The notes: generated by a model not told the origin, from the sequence alone. Counted from the first letter of the stretch, positions 8,928 through 18,429 are shown. The stretch is 35,338 nucleotides of DNA from Patescibacteria group bacterium (GCA_043822345.1 JBDRBW010000022.1:1-35338); one strand, 5' to 3'. Program-made: numbers and translations.

Positions 8928-11027
8928 ATGAGAAAGAGAAAAATCAAAAGGAGCGAAAAAGAACTGGAGCTGAAAAAGGAAAAAGAAAGCCACGTTTCCG
9001 TAGAAATTAAAAAGAGTGTCCTCGCTGTATTGTTAGTTGGCGCCGCTATCGTCCTGATGCTCGCTAGCTTTAATCAGGCCGGCGTGGTGGGTGGGTTTTT
9101 GTATGAATCACTTTCCGCCGTTTTCGGCATCGGCTACTTCCTCTTGCCACTAGTAGCTTTTATCATCGCCGCCGTCTTTCTGCTCGCTCATGAGATAAAA
9201 TTTCTTAGCCCAACCTTTATCGGCGCCATCGTTTTAATTCTCTCCTCGCTCGGATTTATTGATATCGTCTTCCCCGGCAAAGCCGGTTTCACCGGCAACG
9301 GCTTGGGATTGATAGAGTCCCTGTTCGGCAACATCGCCTCGTTAGTAATAGTAGGCGCCCTTATTATTGGCGCGCTCGTTCTCACACTCAACATCCCTCT
9401 TAAAATTAAACGCAAGCCGAAAAAAGAAAAGCTCGGCGAGGAAGAAATCACTATTAAAGAACCGGAAGAAGGCAAGATTGTGAACAGTGATAAAAAAGAA
9501 GATGCTCTGGAAACAGCCGCTGAAAAAACACTGGCATCAGAATCAGAAAAAGAAAGTTTGTTAGAAAAAATAAAGCGACCTAAATTATGTAACTATCAAC
9601 CACCACCGCTAAGCTTGTTAAAATCGAACATTGAAAAGCCGAGCGCCGGCGACTTGCGGGCCAACGCCAACATCATCAAAAGAACTTTGGATAGTTTTAA
9701 TATCCCCGTTGAAATGAGTGAGGTTAACATCGGCCCTAAAGTTACCCGCTACTCTCTCAAACCAGCGGAGGGTATCAAACTAGCCCGCATCACCGCCCTT
9801 AACTCCGACCTAGCGCTCGCCTTAGCCGCCCATCCCCTACGCATCGAAGCGCCCATTCCCGGCAAATCATTGGTTGGCATCGAGGTGCCCAACAAAACCG
9901 CCGCTATGGTCCGGCTAGGCAGTTTAATGTCCTATCCCGAATTCACCAAGACCGGCCCTGTGAGTTTTGTATTAGGCAGAGATGTCAGCGGCAATCCCAT
10001 CGCCGCCCACATTGATAAAATGCCCCACCTTTTAGTTTGCGGCTCCACCGGATCAGGAAAATCCATCCTCATCCATTCACTTTTAATTTCCCTCCTCTAT
10101 AAAAATTCTCCCGAAACCCTGAAATTAGTATTAATCGACCCCAAACGAGTAGAGCTTTCGATTTATAACGAAATCCCCCACCTTATCGCCCCCGTCGTCA
10201 CCGAAGGCAAAAAAGCAGTCAATGTTTTCCGCTGGGCAATTCAGGAAATGGAAAGACGTTATGACATCCTGCTTAAAGCCGGCGCCAGAGATATCGCCCG
10301 TTATAACAGTAACGCCAAAGGTGAACAGTTACCCTACTTATTACTAGTAGTTGATGAATTAGCTGACTTAATGTCCTCTTATGGCCGCGAAGTAGAGACG
10401 GCTATCGTCCGCCTTGCCCAAATGGCGCGGGCCACCGGCATTCATTTGGTGTTGGCCACTCAACGACCATCGGTTGAAGTTATTACCGGCCTCATTAAGG
10501 CCAACATCACCTCCCGCGTCGCTTTGCAAGTCGCTAGTCAAGTTGACTCCCGCACCATTTTGGATATGGGCGGCGCCGAAAAACTACTCGGCGGTGGTGA
10601 TATGCTTTTCATATCTTCCGAATTTTCCAAACCAAAAAGAATTCAGGGTGCCTTTATTTCCGAAGATGAAGTTGGCAAAGTAACTGACTTTATTCGAGAA
10701 CACAATAAACCTAACGCCGAAAACGATAACGACACCCGTCATCTTGAGCGAAACGAAGTGGAGTCGAAAGATCTCATCAACGACCCACTCAACTTCAACT
10801 CTTTCTCCTCCAACGAAGATGATGATCTCTACGACGAAGCGGTGGAAACCGTCCGCCTGGCCAAAAAGGCCTCTGCTTCGCTCCTCCAGCGCCGCCTTAA
10901 AGTTGGTTACGCCCGCGCCGCCCGCCTCTTGGATTTGATGGAAGAAAACGGCCTGATCGGTCCCGGAGAAGGCGCTAAACCCCGAGAAGTTTTTGATGTT
11001 GGACAAAGTAATTCTGAACTGATATGA
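8928..11027 (+). CDS. ftsK: DNA translocase FtsK/SpoIIIE
   Basis: N-terminal TM segments, RIEAPIPGK, GSTGSGKS, IDPKRVEL, VDELADLM, ATQRPS and gamma domain SASLLQRRLKVGYARAAR. Confidence 0.95.
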   Translation: MRKRKIKRSEKELELKKEKESHVSVEIKKSVLAVLLVGAAIVLMLASFNQAGVVGGFLYESLSAVFGIGYFLLPLVAFIIAAVFLLAHEIKFLSPTFIGAIVLILSSLGFIDIVFPGKAGFTGNGLGLIESLFGNIASLVIVGALIIGALVLTLNIPLKIKRKPKKEKLGEEEITIKEPEEGKIVNSDKKEDALETAAEKTLASESEKESLLEKIKRPKLCNYQPPPLSLLKSNIEKPSAGDLRANANIIKRTLDSFNIPVEMSEVNIGPKVTRYSLKPAEGIKLARITALNSDLALALAAHPLRIEAPIPGKSLVGIEVPNKTAAMVRLGSLMSYPEFTKTGPVSFVLGRDVSGNPIAAHIDKMPHLLVCGSTGSGKSILIHSLLISLLYKNSPETLKLVLIDPKRVELSIYNEIPHLIAPVVTEGKKAVNVFRWAIQEMERRYDILLKAGARDIARYNSNAKGEQLPYLLLVVDELADLMSSYGREVETAIVRLAQMARATGIHLVLATQRPSVEVITGLIKANITSRVALQVASQVDSRTILDMGGAEKLLGGGDMLFISSEFSKPKRIQGAFISEDEVGKVTDFIREHNKPNAENDNDTRHLERNEVESKDLINDPLNFNSFSSNEDDDLYDEAVETVRLAKKASASLLQRRLKVGYARAARLLDLMEENGLIGPGEGAKPREVFDVGQSNSELI
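10737..10777. repeat. REP-like unit in-frame in the ftsK motor-gamma linker
   Basis: CGTCATCTTGAGCGAAACGAAGTGGAGTCGAAAGATCTCAT, translated as RHLERNEVESKDLI. Confidence 0.85.
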
Positions 11028-11042
11028 TAACAGAGATTATTT

Positions 11043-11738
11043 ATGGAACACGCCACCTTCAAGGAATTTCTTCAGGAGTATATCGACATCAAGGGTCTAA
11101 GTTTAAAAAAACTTTCTGATAGCACCGGCGTTCCCGAAAGATATATTGAGTCCCTGTTAGAAAGTAACTATGACGCCCTGCCTCCCGCTCCCTATATTCG
11201 CGGCTACATCCTCAAACTCTCCACTGTTTTAGATTTTGATAAAGAAGAAATGTGGCGTCTCTATAAAAAAGAAAGCGGTTATCACTCATCTGGCGCCTTT
11301 GATAAACTGCCCAGCAACCGCTTTGCTATTAAAAAATTAAACAAAAAACTAGCCGTCTACGTTGGTCTCGGTCTCATACTAATCATCTATCTTGGTTTAA
11401 ACTTCAATAAATTATTGGGGGCTCCGGAATTGGAAATTACCTATCCTTTGTCCGCCAATCTCATCGTCCAAGAGCCACTGGTTTCTATTGAGGGATTAAC
11501 TGACGCCGGCAATAAAGTAACCATCAATGGTGAAGAATTGTTTGTTGATAAAGGCGGCCGCTTCCAAAAAGAATATGCTCTCGACCCCGGCCTGAATACT
11601 CTGGATATAGTCGCCAGCAAATTTCTAGGCAAAGAAATAACCACCACTAAAAAAATTATCTATCAGAAACCAATAATCGAAAAAGTCGAAGAAAATATTA
11701 ACGTCATTCCCGACGAGATCGGGAATCCAACACAATAA
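11043..11738 (+). CDS. RodZ-like protein (Xre-type HTH, TM helix, Ig-like domain)
   Basis: LSLKKLSDSTGVPERYIESL...LPPAPYIRGYI, one TM helix and a beta-rich C-terminus. Lies between ftsK and recA. Confidence 0.75.
   Translation: MEHATFKEFLQEYIDIKGLSLKKLSDSTGVPERYIESLLESNYDALPPAPYIRGYILKLSTVLDFDKEEMWRLYKKESGYHSSGAFDKLPSNRFAIKKLNKKLAVYVGLGLILIIYLGLNFNKLLGAPELEITYPLSANLIVQEPLVSIEGLTDAGNKVTINGEELFVDKGGRFQKEYALDPGLNTLDIVASKFLGKEITTTKKIIYQKPIIEKVEENINVIPDEIGNPTQ
11702..11729. repeat. REP-like unit forming the C-terminus of the RodZ-like protein
   Basis: CGTCATTCCCGACGAGATCGGGAATCCA, translated as VIPDEIGNP. Confidence 0.8.
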
Positions 11739-11741
11739 TTT

Positions 11742-12713
11742 ATGACAGATGACCTTGATCAACTAATAGCTTCTCTTCGCGAAAAATACGGCGAGGACTC
11801 AATAATGAAATTGGGCGAGATAAGAAAAGTTGATGTCGACGCCGTTCCTTCTGGTTCTTTTTCGTTAGATATCGCTTTAGGCGTTGGCGGTCTGCCTAAA
11901 GGACGAGTAGTGGAAATATTCGGTCCCGAATCATCGGGTAAAACCACTCTAGCGCTCAACGTTATCGCCCAATCACAAAAGAAAGGCGGCAAGTGCGCCT
12001 TTATTGACGCCGAGCACGCCATGGACCCGGTTTACGCCGCCAATCTTGGCGTTAAAACCAAAGAACTTTTAATCTCCCAACCCAATAATGGTGAAGAGGC
12101 GTTAAATATTTTGGAAACACTGGTTCGGTCAGAAATGATTGATGTTATTGTAATTGACTCGGTCGCCGCCCTCACCCCCAAAGCCGAAATTGATGGCGAG
12201 ATGGGAAAGCAATTTGTCGGCTTGCAGGCGCGAATGATGTCTCAAGCTCTGCGCAAGTTAACCGCCATCACCGCCCACGCTAACACCTTAGTTATCTTTA
12301 TCAATCAACTCCGCGAGAAAATCGGTGTCTTTTTCGGTAACCCCGAAACTACCCCCGGCGGCCGGGCGCTTAAGTTTTATTCCTCGGTTCGCATTGATGT
12401 TCGCCGCATCGCCCAAATTAAAAAAGGTGAAGAAGTGGTCGGCAATCGCGTTAAAGCCAAGGTGGTGAAAAACAAAGTCGCCGCTCCCTTCAAAGTGGCT
12501 GAATTTGATATCATGTTCGGCGAAGGCATCTCTTACGAAGCCGATATCCTCAACTCCGGACTCAAGCACGCCGTCCTCGCCAAGTCCGGCTCTAGTTATA
12601 ATTTCGGAGAAATCAAGCTCGGCGTCGGCTTTGACAACGTCCGCCTCAAACTCAAAGAAGATCCCAAACTCCTCAAAGAAATTCAAAAACAAATCCAAGA
12701 AAAGCTGGTGTAA
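11742..12713 (+). CDS. recA: Recombinase RecA
   Basis: [35 protein letters not shown] and KNKVAAPF. Confidence 0.98.
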   Translation: MTDDLDQLIASLREKYGEDSIMKLGEIRKVDVDAVPSGSFSLDIALGVGGLPKGRVVEIFGPESSGKTTLALNVIAQSQKKGGKCAFIDAEHAMDPVYAANLGVKTKELLISQPNNGEEALNILETLVRSEMIDVIVIDSVAALTPKAEIDGEMGKQFVGLQARMMSQALRKLTAITAHANTLVIFINQLREKIGVFFGNPETTPGGRALKFYSSVRIDVRRIAQIKKGEEVVGNRVKAKVVKNKVAAPFKVAEFDIMFGEGISYEADILNSGLKHAVLAKSGSSYNFGEIKLGVGFDNVRLKLKEDPKLLKEIQKQIQEKLV

Positions 12714-12959
12714 ACCACCCGATCTCTTTTACTTTAATAACCCGCTTTATTACTAAGCCAACTTAATTTGCTCAAAGAATATTTTCAAGAAAAACAAGAA
12801 CTCGCCCAAAAAGACCCTATAATCACGGCCGTGATTATAGGGTCTTTTTGGAACTCAAACAGCTTGTTTTTCTAAGAAAGTCTTCTTTTCGCTTCATTAG
12901 TTGGCTAAGTAAGGCGCTCAGCCTTTATGCTTATTAAAGCAAAAGAGATTGGGTGGTTT
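12712..12959. repeat. Long nested inverted repeat (rod-like hairpin)
   Basis: 29 bp outer arms (12712-12740/12931-12959), inner arms, and a perfect 46 bp palindrome at 12806-12851. Confidence 0.85.
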
Positions 12960-13081
12960 TCGTTTTGAAAAAATATTCGCTACCACCTGTTTTTTATTTT
13001 CTAAGCTTGTCGAAGAATTACATTAATGTTTATACTTTGAGAAGTTCCTTTTTTAAAAAAAATAGGAGGTATAATTAAGTT

Positions 13082-14188
13082 ATGAAAAAAGCTCTGGAAA
13101 GAATTGCCATCTTATGTATAGTTCTGTTTGTTGTAGTTACTAGTTTTTTTAGTTGGTCCATTTATATTAGTGATGATAATCCTGTAATATCTATCAAAGC
13201 TAATGACAAAAATAGATTAACAGATAAGGAATTAGAAGAGGAATGGAAATCTATAATAAAAGAAATGAGGGATCAAAAAATCTCTATAAGAGATCTCTTT
13301 CCTATTTCTCCTGCAGGAGAACCAGATATTGACCCCAAAAAAGATCTTGCCCCTAATTTATTTTCGCTAAGACAAAGAATCGAAAATATTCTAGATCAGG
13401 GATTTTTACCAACAGAAATAAGATTCGCTTATGAAAGAAATCATTTGAAGGCGCCTTCTATATGTAGCTTGTATATTGGGGCTAAGTATAATCCTTTTAT
13501 TAAACATTACTATTTCTGCGAAAACCAAGTAAAAGTAAAAGATGTTGTTAAAACCTTTGCTAGTATTGGAGTATTTATTGATAAAACAAGTAATTCCCCC
13601 GAGGGATCGTTGTTCCTAGTATCAAGTCAAGGTCACGTTTTAACAGCCGCGCATGTATTAAACAGTTTAATAGAAAACGATGGGGGAGATAAATCATCTT
13701 TTAGCGGAAGAGGTTTGGAAATTCTGATAGGAGATAAAAAATATTCTCTAGAAGGAGTTAAGGTGCTGTCTCGCCCGAAATGTTTAGGATGTAGCATCGA
13801 CCCAGAAGGTGATATAGCTTTACTACAAATACCTTCTTTAATAAACCGACCTTATCTAAAACTCTCAAAAAATGCAGTCGAGAAAGGTGCTAAGGTATTC
13901 CTAATAGGTTATCCAGACATAATGAGAGATAAAGTTTGTTCATTTGGAGAAGTTTTATGGTATTCTAAAAAATATCCCCGCGTTTTTGCTACCGACAATG
14001 AGGCTAGACTCGGCAACAGTGGTGGATCATTAGTTAATGAAAAAGGAGAGGTGGTTGGCTTAATATTTGCAGTTGTATTTAGTGGAGGAGGCAGCGCAAT
14101 AACGGATTTTACCGAGAGAGGATATTATTTAAAAGTTGATGTATTGCAAAAAATTCTACAAGACAACGGTCTTTGGCCCCAGAAATAA
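13082..14188 (+). CDS. Membrane-anchored/secreted trypsin-like serine protease
   Basis: N-terminal TM helix. Catalytic triad motifs LTAAHV, DIALL and GNSGG. AGGAGG at 13064-13069. Confidence 0.85.
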   Translation: MKKALERIAILCIVLFVVVTSFFSWSIYISDDNPVISIKANDKNRLTDKELEEEWKSIIKEMRDQKISIRDLFPISPAGEPDIDPKKDLAPNLFSLRQRIENILDQGFLPTEIRFAYERNHLKAPSICSLYIGAKYNPFIKHYYFCENQVKVKDVVKTFASIGVFIDKTSNSPEGSLFLVSSQGHVLTAAHVLNSLIENDGGDKSSFSGRGLEILIGDKKYSLEGVKVLSRPKCLGCSIDPEGDIALLQIPSLINRPYLKLSKNAVEKGAKVFLIGYPDIMRDKVCSFGEVLWYSKKYPRVFATDNEARLGNSGGSLVNEKGEVVGLIFAVVFSGGGSAITDFTERGYYLKVDVLQKILQDNGLWPQK

Positions 14189-14195
14189 ATTTTGC

Positions 14196-14226
14196 TAAAC
14201 GGCTCACTTAGAAAGTGAGCTGTTTA
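14196..14226. terminator. Terminator-like hairpin, near-identical to 34097-34127
   Basis: TAAACGGCTCACTT-AGA-AAGTGAGCTGTTTA between convergent genes. Confidence 0.65.
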
Positions 14227-14235
14227 TTTTAATTT

Positions 14236-14463
14236 CTAAAGCAAATCAATAAACTCGTCCACGGTCATATCGGCTTGTTCAATGATTGTTTTGAGAGTTT
14301 TCGGGCTTAGTTCTTTCCGATGAAAAGGAATGGTTACTCTTAGATTTGTTTTTATGGGATGACGAAATTGGATATGGCTACCAGATTGATGATATTCATA
14401 AAACCGAGCGCGTTTTAGCGCTCGGATTACTAGAATAGAAGGGATTCTTGGTAGCTTCGGCAT
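14236..14463 (-). CDS. hicA: HicA family toxin (mRNA interferase)
   Basis: MPKLP...HQSGSH...VTIPFH...TLKTIIEQA pattern. Confidence 0.9.
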   Translation of the reverse strand: MPKLPRIPSILVIRALKRARFYEYHQSGSHIQFRHPIKTNLRVTIPFHRKELSPKTLKTIIEQADMTVDEFIDLL

Positions 14464-14464
14464 A

Positions 14465-14707
14465 TTACACAGCGACTTTTAGACGTTCTTTCCGGAATAG
14501 ATTAGATTTTTGCGATTCTAACATTCTATCTTTTAACAAGGATTCAAGATAACAACGAATAGCATCCTTAGCCATTTCTCTAGCCTCTTTCAAATTATCG
14601 CCTTCAGTAACAAGACCCGGTAATTTAGGTACCGTTACAGTATATCCACTGCCGTTAGGATTAAAAACAACACTATATTGATAAATATCTTCTGTGTATT
14701 TTTTCAT
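14465..14707 (-). CDS. hicB: HicB family antitoxin (short form)
   Basis: YTVTVPKLPGLVTEGDNLKEAREMAKDAI. ATG 14707 chosen because TTGCTT-17-TACCTT lies just upstream. Confidence 0.85.
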   Translation of the reverse strand: MKKYTEDIYQYSVVFNPNGSGYTVTVPKLPGLVTEGDNLKEAREMAKDAIRCYLESLLKDRMLESQKSNLFRKERLKVAV

Positions 14708-14773
14708 TAACTTCAAGGTAACAAATAAATTAGTGAAAAGCAAATTTCATAAACGATCGCTTCAGGCGACCGT

Positions 14774-15658
14774 TTATTTTTTTGCCAACTTATAAAAATT
14801 CCTAAAAAGTTCCGCTACTAAAATCGGTCCGGTGCCGCCGGGGGTAGGAGTATAAAACTCTAGATGCTGGATGCTGGATGCTGGATTCTGGATTAGGTCT
14901 GGTGGATAACCGAAATCAATTACGCCCGCGCCGTCTTTCAGCCAATCTGGATTAATTAAATTAGCTTGTCCTACTCCGCTAATCACCAAATCCGCATCTT
15001 TTAATTCCTCCTCAAGATTTTTCGTTTCTATATCAACTTCCTTAATTGAAAATTGAAAATTGAAAATTGAAAATTGGGAAAGCCACTTCACGATTGGCTT
15101 TCCAACTAAAAACCCCTTCGCCCCCACCACCGCCACAATCAACCCATCGCCGTCGTCATTCTGCCTGCCCGCCACAGCTTTAGCGTCGGCGGGAGCGGAG
15201 GCCGCAATAAGCGGCCGTAGCCGAAGAATCTCATCATCTAACTTCTGCTCAATAATATATTTAATAACATCCCCCACTACCATTACCACCGGTGCTTCAA
15301 CGCCAGCTTCGCCTGTTAAATTATCAACGTCTTTTTGAGAATCTAATTTTAATAAAACTTTATCCCGATCAATTTTTTTCGGTAGAGGTAGTTGCACTAT
15401 TATCCCTCCAACTCGCTCATCGTCACTCAATCTCTCCGCGACGCTTTCTAGTTCTTTTTGTCTAATATTTATATCTAACTCGTATACTTTAAAATCTACC
15501 CCCAACTCCTCCGCCACTCGCTGTTTTTGTTTAATAAAAGACAACGAAGCCGGATCGTCTCCTACTAAAACAACCACCAAACTCTTGTTGGGCTTGGGTT
15601 GTTTTTTTAATCCCTCAACAATCCCCTGCGCAATTTTTCTGCCATCTACCTTGATCAT
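14774..15658 (-). CDS. folD: Bifunctional methylenetetrahydrofolate dehydrogenase/cyclohydrolase with repeat insertions
   Basis: VDGRKIA, LVGDDPAS, GIIVQLPLP, KDVD, LVGKP, VIDFG and TPTPGGTGP. Adjacent to glyA. Confidence 0.9.
   Translation of the reverse strand: MIKVDGRKIAQGIVEGLKKQPKPNKSLVVVLVGDDPASLSFIKQKQRVAEELGVDFKVYELDINIRQKELESVAERLSDDERVGGIIVQLPLPKKIDRDKVLLKLDSQKDVDNLTGEAGVEAPVVMVVGDVIKYIIEQKLDDEILRLRPLIAASAPADAKAVAGRQNDDGDGLIVAVVGAKGFLVGKPIVKWLSQFSIFNFQFSIKEVDIETKNLEEELKDADLVISGVGQANLINPDWLKDGAGVIDFGYPPDLIQNPASSIQHLEFYTPTPGGTGPILVAELFRNFYKLAKK
14863..14894. repeat. Heptamer tandem repeat (GATGCTG) in folD
   Basis: GATGCTG x3 plus GATTCTG and GATT, encoding IQNPASSIQHL. Confidence 0.8.
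15044..15076. repeat. Heptamer tandem repeat (AATTGAA x4.7) in folD
   Basis: Perfect tandem array encoding QFSIFNFQFSI. Confidence 0.85.
15154..15234. repeat. REP-like unit in-frame in folD with a nested 30 bp unit
   Basis: CGTCATTCTG[CCTGCCCGCC...GGCGGG]AGCGGAGGCCGC...CGAAGAATCTCAT. Confidence 0.85.
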
Positions 15659-15687
15659 TGTTATATTGTTATATTGTTATATTGTTA
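15657..15687. repeat. Octamer tandem repeat (ATTGTTAT x~4) at the folD start
   Basis: ATTGTTATATTGTTATATTGTTATATTGTTA, overlapping the start codon. Confidence 0.8.
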
Positions 15688-15704
15688 AAAATTAAGCAAT
15701 AAAG

Positions 15705-15899
15705 AAACAGGCAACACAGAGTTGTTTCGAAAAGTGTCTCGGAAGCCGCCCGAGCTTGGTGTTTCGCGATAGCGAAACTCGGGCGGCTGAGAGCAAGGAC
15801 GGCTCGCCGCTGCCTGCCCGCCAACGCCAGAGCGTAGCGATGGCAGGCGGGGAGCGAGCCGAGCCGTCTTTCTCGAAACAACCTCTGTGTTGCCTGTTT
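15705..15899. repeat. Structured multi-stem element, copy C, with a nested 39 bp unit
   Basis: Arms AAACAGGCAACACAGAG-TTGTTTCGA / TCGAAACAACCTCTGTGTTGCCTGTTT. Core TGTCTCGGA...CTTGGT...GAGAGCAAG...CGCTG[ins]GA. Abuts the glyA stop. Confidence 0.85.
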
Positions 15900-17117
15900 T
15901 TATAATATAGGGAATTTTTTGCAAATTGCCTTAATTTGGCGGTTGATAGTTGTTGGTTTTGCTTTTTTGAGCAATAAATCGGTAATCCAACTGGCGATTT
16001 TCTTCATCTCTTTTTCTTTCATACCTCGTGTCGTCACTGCTGGCGTCCCCAGACGTAAACCAGAAGGATTGAAAGGCGAGGTATCGCTGGGGATAGAGTT
16101 ACGATTGGCGATAATCCCCGCTTTCTCAAGAAGTCTTTCCGCATTCTTTCCACTATGTCCGGTAGGCCTCAAATCAACCAATATTAAATGATTATCGGTG
16201 CCGCCGGTTACTAAATCAAAACCGACTTTCATTAATTCATTAGCCAACACCTTAGCGTTTTTGATAATCTGTTTTTGATATTGCTGAAAAGATTTTTGCC
16301 GGCCAACAAAAGCCATTAGAGCAATCGCCGCCGTCTGGTTGTTGTGCGGCCCGCCCTGCATCCCCGGAAACACACTGCGGTCAATACGCTTAGCGAGCTC
16401 CTTGCGGCAAATAATTACCGCTCCCCGCGGCCCCCGCAAAGTTTTATGGGTGGTTGTCGTTACCACATCACAATTCTCAAAAGGCGATTGGTGCAACCCC
16501 GTCGCCACCAAACCGGCAATATGAGAAATATCAGCCAAATGATAAGCGCCAATCTTGCGCGCCACCTTGCTAATTCGCTTAAAATCAATTTCCCGCGGAT
16601 AGGCCGTCGTCCCCGAAGTAATTAGTTTCGGTTTGTGGTGATTAGCCAACCGCTCCAAATCCACATAATCCAATAAGCCAGTATCCATCTCTACGCCATA
16701 TTGAAATGCCTTATAAGCCCGGCCGGAAAAATTAACCTTATGGCCATGCGTCAAGTGGCCGCCCGCCGCCAATCGCATCCCCATTATTTTGTCACCAAAA
16801 TCCAATAAGGCGGCGTAAACCGCCAGATTGGCCGGCGAACCGGAATACGGCTGAACATTAACATGCCACTCTTTATCGCTTAGCCCAAACAACTTTAAAA
16901 CCCGCTCCCGCGCCAAATTCTCAATCTTGTCATAAACCTCATTACCCGGATAATAACGCCGCCCTGGGTAACCTTCGGAATACTTATTAACCAAAACCGA
17001 CCCTAAAATATCCAAAACTTCCGGCGAAGCATAATTTTCTGAAGCAATCAAACTAATCGTCTCTTCCTGCCGTTGCTCCTCTTGTTTTATTAATTTGTGT
17101 AGAATTTTGTCTTTCAT
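15900..17117 (-). CDS. glyA: Serine hydroxymethyltransferase
   Basis: LIASEN, NKYSEGYPGRRYY, GGHLTHG, TTTTHKTLRGPRG and SGLRLGT. Start set at MKDKIL because the longer ORF begins inside a repeat. Confidence 0.97.
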   Translation of the reverse strand: MKDKILHKLIKQEEQRQEETISLIASENYASPEVLDILGSVLVNKYSEGYPGRRYYPGNEVYDKIENLARERVLKLFGLSDKEWHVNVQPYSGSPANLAVYAALLDFGDKIMGMRLAAGGHLTHGHKVNFSGRAYKAFQYGVEMDTGLLDYVDLERLANHHKPKLITSGTTAYPREIDFKRISKVARKIGAYHLADISHIAGLVATGLHQSPFENCDVVTTTTHKTLRGPRGAVIICRKELAKRIDRSVFPGMQGGPHNNQTAAIALMAFVGRQKSFQQYQKQIIKNAKVLANELMKVGFDLVTGGTDNHLILVDLRPTGHSGKNAERLLEKAGIIANRNSIPSDTSPFNPSGLRLGTPAVTTRGMKEKEMKKIASWITDLLLKKAKPTTINRQIKAICKKFPIL

Positions 17118-17126
17118 ATATATATT

Positions 17127-17259
17127 CTTTGAATTACGAAACGTCCCATTTGTCATTTCGAGCGTAACGCAGTGAAGTCGAGAAATCTCATAAACTATAC
17201 ATTATTTCAAATCACTGAGATTCTTCGACAAGCTCAGAATGACGTTTCGTAATTCAAAG
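17127..17259. mobile_element. MITE-like composite: REP doublet within 19 bp perfect outer inverted repeats
   Basis: CTTTGAATTACGAAACGTC / GACGTTTCGTAATTCAAAG. 17214-17259 is identical over 46 bp to 34755-34800. Confidence 0.75.
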
Positions 17260-17275
17260 ATATATTACACTTTTT

Positions 17276-17356
17276 GTCATCCCCGACTCGATCGGGGATC
17301 CATTACGTTATTGTATTAGATCCCGGACAGTCGCCTACGGCGACTTCCGGGATGAC
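17276..17356. repeat. REP-like inverted doublet (GTCATCCC subtype)
   Basis: GTCATCCCCGACTCGATCGGGGATCCA ... AGATCCCGGA...TCCGGGATGAC. Confidence 0.85.
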
Positions 17357-17362
17357 AAAGAA

Positions 17363-18424
17363 TTAAAGCACCGGGCGTAAAAACAAAACAATCGCCGCCG
17401 CTAATCTTTGATACCATTTCTTATTCCCATTGTCAAAAATAAGCCGTTGACTACCCTTCTTCCACTGATTCAAAATCGCCCGCAAACTTCTAAGCATATC
17501 CTTTCGCTCAAACACCACACCGCCCTCCATATTAAAATCAAAACTATGGGCGTCAATGTTCTGTGAACCAACCATCGCCTCTCTATCATCAATCAACATC
17601 GCCTTAGCGTGAACCATTGATTTGGAAAAATAAAAATCTATCCCCGGCTTGTAGACCAGCGATGCCAAAACATAATTAGCAAAGGTTGCCACCCAATAAT
17701 CGGCCTTGACCGGTAAAATTATCTCTATCTTCACCCCGCGCCGCCAAGCGCGGTGCAATCCCTTAACTAACCAGGCCTGCGGAATAAAATAAGGCGTCGC
17801 CAAAACAATATGTTTTTTTGCGGAACACAAGCTTTTTTTATAATACTTTTTTAAAATCCCCTTCTCCGTTGCCGGCCGATGATGAAACACTCGCACCTTA
17901 TTCTCTTTAAAAACCGACTTGTATTTTATCTCCTCTTCCCCGCCCGCTAATTCATAAGAAACAACAAAAGAACGAATCAGATAACGGACAATCGCCCCCC
18001 GTAATTCCACCTGTAAATCAATCCAGTTAGTAAAGTGCTTGGCTACGTTTACCCCGCCAATAAATGCTACTTGCTCATCAATTATCAACAATTTTTTGTG
18101 GTTACGATTGAACCACCAATGCTTAAACCGCTGGGGATTCCACCACGGCAAAAACCGATTATAAAACAACACCTCCACCCCCGCCTCTTTCAAATCATTA
18201 ATCGCCTTTCGCTCTAGCCAAAAACTACCCAAACTATCCAAGACCAATTTAACTTTTACCCCCATTCTCGCTTTTTCTTTCAGAACATTAAAAAAATCGT
18301 GCTCGTCGGTATCGTCGCTAAATATATAGCACTCCCAATAAATAGATTTCTTCGCTCTCTTAATCGTCGCCAACATCGCATCCCATGCCCGCGAAGAAAT
18401 CGTATGAAATTTATAATTTTTCAT
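17363..18424 (-). CDS. Phospholipase D family protein, cardiolipin synthase-like
   Basis: Two HKD motifs: HKKLLIID...GGVN and HAKAMLID...GSQN. Confidence 0.9.
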   Translation of the reverse strand: MKNYKFHTISSRAWDAMLATIKRAKKSIYWECYIFSDDTDEHDFFNVLKEKARMGVKVKLVLDSLGSFWLERKAINDLKEAGVEVLFYNRFLPWWNPQRFKHWWFNRNHKKLLIIDEQVAFIGGVNVAKHFTNWIDLQVELRGAIVRYLIRSFVVSYELAGGEEEIKYKSVFKENKVRVFHHRPATEKGILKKYYKKSLCSAKKHIVLATPYFIPQAWLVKGLHRAWRRGVKIEIILPVKADYWVATFANYVLASLVYKPGIDFYFSKSMVHAKAMLIDDREAMVGSQNIDAHSFDFNMEGGVVFERKDMLRSLRAILNQWKKGSQRLIFDNGNKKWYQRLAAAIVLFLRPVL

Positions 18425-18429
18425 TAATT

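Noticed and set aside
15669-15924. ORFs 15669-15881 and 15685-15924
   Set aside because: They are translations of structured element copy C and have no protein-like features.
17118-17156. N-terminal extension of GlyA (similarly 27492-27521 and 35232-35258)
   Set aside because: The upstream ATGs lie inside repeat elements; family-like sequence begins at the downstream Met.
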